This document shows positions 46,072 through 47,752 of a DNA stretch of 47,752 nt, piece by piece (positions within the stretch are counted from its first letter, which is position 1; each line of letters starts with the position of its first letter). Under the pieces are notes generated by a model. It saw nothing but the letters and a program-made list of their open reading frames with translations. It had not been told where the DNA came from and searched no databases. The translations under genes and the position numbers were made by a program. Source of the stretch: Clostridia bacterium (GTDB taxonomy: Bacteria; Bacillota; Clostridia; Christensenellales; CAG-314); assembly GCA_017629595.1 (NCBI GenBank), contig JAGBWW010000068.1, positions 1 to 47,752 on the forward strand, read 5' to 3'.

Positions 46072-46902
46072 ATGGTACAAAAATTAAGCGACAAAATAGT
46101 AATAAAAAATTGCCCCAACTTCGTGCCTCGTGACGTTTTGGAATGTGGACAGGTGTTTCGCTACAAAAAAACGCAAGAGGGCTACGTTGTGTTTTCTCGT
46201 GACAAAATGGCAAAAGTTTTGTGTGTGGGCGACGAAATTCACGTTGAAACAAATGACGTGGACTATTTTTATCACTATTTTGACTTGGAAACAAACTATC
46301 AAGACGCCATAGACCAACTGACAAAACACGGCGAAGTGATGAAACTTGCTTGCGACTATGGAAAGGGAATAAGAATACTCAATCAAGACGTGTACGAGAT
46401 GACGATATCTTTCGTTATTTCTGCCAACAACAACATAAAGCGTATTCAACAAATTATTGAAAAACTTTGCATTGCACTTGGAAGCAAAACGGATTTTGGC
46501 TATGCCTTTCCCACCCTTGACCAACTTTGTTTGGGCGACGAGCAACTTTTCAAAAACATTGGTGCAGGTTACCGAGCAAAATATTTGGTAAAGTTGGCAC
46601 AAGAGTTGCGCCACTTTGATTTGGATAGTCTAAAAGAAATGGACAGTGCAACGGCACGAAAGAAATTGCTTACGCTCAGTGGCGTCGGTCCAAAGGTTGC
46701 CGATTGCATTTTGTTGTTTGGCGCAAACGCAAAAGACGTTTTTCCCACCGATACGTGGATAAAAAAAGTATATCACCAACATTTTGAAAGTGGACTTGGC
46801 GACGGTCAAATTTCGTCATATTTTGTGGAAAAATTTGGCTCTTTAAGTGGATTGGCACAACAATATTTGTTTTATTTTCAAAGAAAGTATTTACAAAGTT
46901 GA
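46072..46902 (+). CDS. ogg: 8-oxoguanine DNA glycosylase (OGG, HhH-GPD superfamily)
   Basis: HhH-GPD motif LSGVGPKVADCILLFG with the catalytic Lys, and a downstream Asp (FPTDTWIKK). The start at 46072 is chosen because the track start at 46039 lies inside the rpmA terminator. No clear RBS. Confidence 0.8.
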   Translation: MVQKLSDKIVIKNCPNFVPRDVLECGQVFRYKKTQEGYVVFSRDKMAKVLCVGDEIHVETNDVDYFYHYFDLETNYQDAIDQLTKHGEVMKLACDYGKGIRILNQDVYEMTISFVISANNNIKRIQQIIEKLCIALGSKTDFGYAFPTLDQLCLGDEQLFKNIGAGYRAKYLVKLAQELRHFDLDSLKEMDSATARKKLLTLSGVGPKVADCILLFGANAKDVFPTDTWIKKVYHQHFESGLGDGQISSYFVEKFGSLSGLAQQYLFYFQRKYLQS

Positions 46903-46947
46903 CCATTTGTTATAATATACTATATATAACCTTTTGGAGGAATAAAA

Positions 46948-47700
46948 ATGTTGACAGGCAAAACCATCGCATTATTTATTGACGTTGACAATTGCGGTAT
47001 GCAAAAAGAACATTATGACAACGTTATTGAACAAGTTGCCAAAATGGGCGAAATTGTCATTGGCAAAGTTTACGGTGCAACCGAAAGAAAACACAAACAA
47101 ATCATTGTTGACGCAACCAATTCCGGTTACACAATTTGTTTGCCTATGCGCGTCAAAAAACGCAATTCCAAGGTTTTTGACAACAGAATCATGTGTGACG
47201 TAGTTGAAGCAATTCTCACCAACAATAAGATTGACGCAGTCGCCGTTGCTTGTGGTGGTGGCGATTTGGTATATTTCTATCGTTTGCTCAAAAAGTATGG
47301 CGTAAAAGTTATTGCATGCGACAATTCCGACGACGAAACCAACGCACTCATTGACGAAGTAATTGACACTGGTATCGTAGAAAAAATTAAATTGCCTCGT
47401 CCTCAACCCAAACGTCCTGCACCAGTTGCAAAAGCACCCCAACCCGTTGTTGAAGAAGTTGCTCCAAGCGTAGCAAAAGAAAAAGAACCCGTCATTGCAG
47501 AAGTGGAAGAAGTTTTGAAAGTTATCAACCAACAACCCGAAAAACAAGAGCAACCCGTTGTTGAAGAAACGGTTGCCTACCAACCTCAAGACGACGGCGA
47601 TATAATCAAAAAGATTGAACAAATTCGCAACAAACCCGAACAAGAAGAAGATGAACTCGTTGCGCAAATCAAAAAACTTTTGGATGAAATGAAAGACTGA
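46948..47700 (+). CDS. NYN (LabA/DUF88-like) domain protein with disordered P/E/Q-rich C-terminal tail
   Basis: 250 aa. IALFIDVDNC start of the NYN fold, with acidic residues spaced as in PIN-like nucleases. The C-terminal ~100 aa are low complexity. GGAGG RBS. Confidence 0.7.
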   Translation: MLTGKTIALFIDVDNCGMQKEHYDNVIEQVAKMGEIVIGKVYGATERKHKQIIVDATNSGYTICLPMRVKKRNSKVFDNRIMCDVVEAILTNNKIDAVAVACGGGDLVYFYRLLKKYGVKVIACDNSDDETNALIDEVIDTGIVEKIKLPRPQPKRPAPVAKAPQPVVEEVAPSVAKEKEPVIAEVEEVLKVINQQPEKQEQPVVEETVAYQPQDDGDIIKKIEQIRNKPEQEEDELVAQIKKLLDEMKD

Positions 47701-47717
47701 TAAACGTTGCTATTTTT

Positions 47718-47746
47718 GCCCACAAGATTTGCTTGTGGGCATTTTT
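47718..47746 (+). terminator. Intrinsic terminator
   Basis: GCCCACAAG (47718-47726) pairs with CTTGTGGGC (47732-47740), then ATTTTT. Confidence 0.85.
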
Positions 47747-47752
47747 ATTGAC

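Overview
47.75-kb chromosomal segment from a low-GC (about 40% by eye) Gram-positive, Bacillota/Clostridia-like bacterium. It is densely packed: about 46 supported CDS, all but 5 on the + strand. I could find no rRNA, tRNA, CRISPR array, IS element or integrase. Gene content is mostly housekeeping. It includes a CPBP protease, DegV, a CofE-like ligase and tsaC-rpiB fused to a complete 9-gene V-type (ntp-like) ATPase operon. It also includes guaB, a lipoprotein HtrA-like protease, fba, gap, a TrpXYZ-type ABC importer and an OmpR/HK two-component pair. A roughly 14-kb terminator-free gene train runs pgi-hisS-P-type ATPase-SDR-M3 peptidase-ABC exporter-DEDDh exonuclease-hexokinase-radical SAM pair. 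The window ends with rplU-prp-rpmA, ogg and a NYN-domain protein. The most interesting signal is in the leader of the ABC importer at 25016-25278. A 23-codon ORF there encodes MKTNMVKFAFASYYYFYYSFISL, and it sits inside a four-segment terminator/antiterminator arrangement. This looks like ribosome-mediated, tyrosine/phenylalanine-sensing attenuation of a putative Trp/Tyr transporter. Secondary points of interest follow. The block 19063-22640 has atypical codon usage and holds an 851-aa orphan protein plus a foreign-looking Nudix gene. A phosphoesterase gene looks leaderless. A terminator-like hairpin lies between the guaB promoter and its RBS. A 58-codon sORF lies between guaB and its terminator. 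A P-type ATPase has PVGP where PEGL is expected. The V-ATPase c-subunit carries the Na+-binding residues. The very long antisense ORFs in the track are codon-aligned shadows caused by avoidance of TTA/CTA/TCA codons, not genes.
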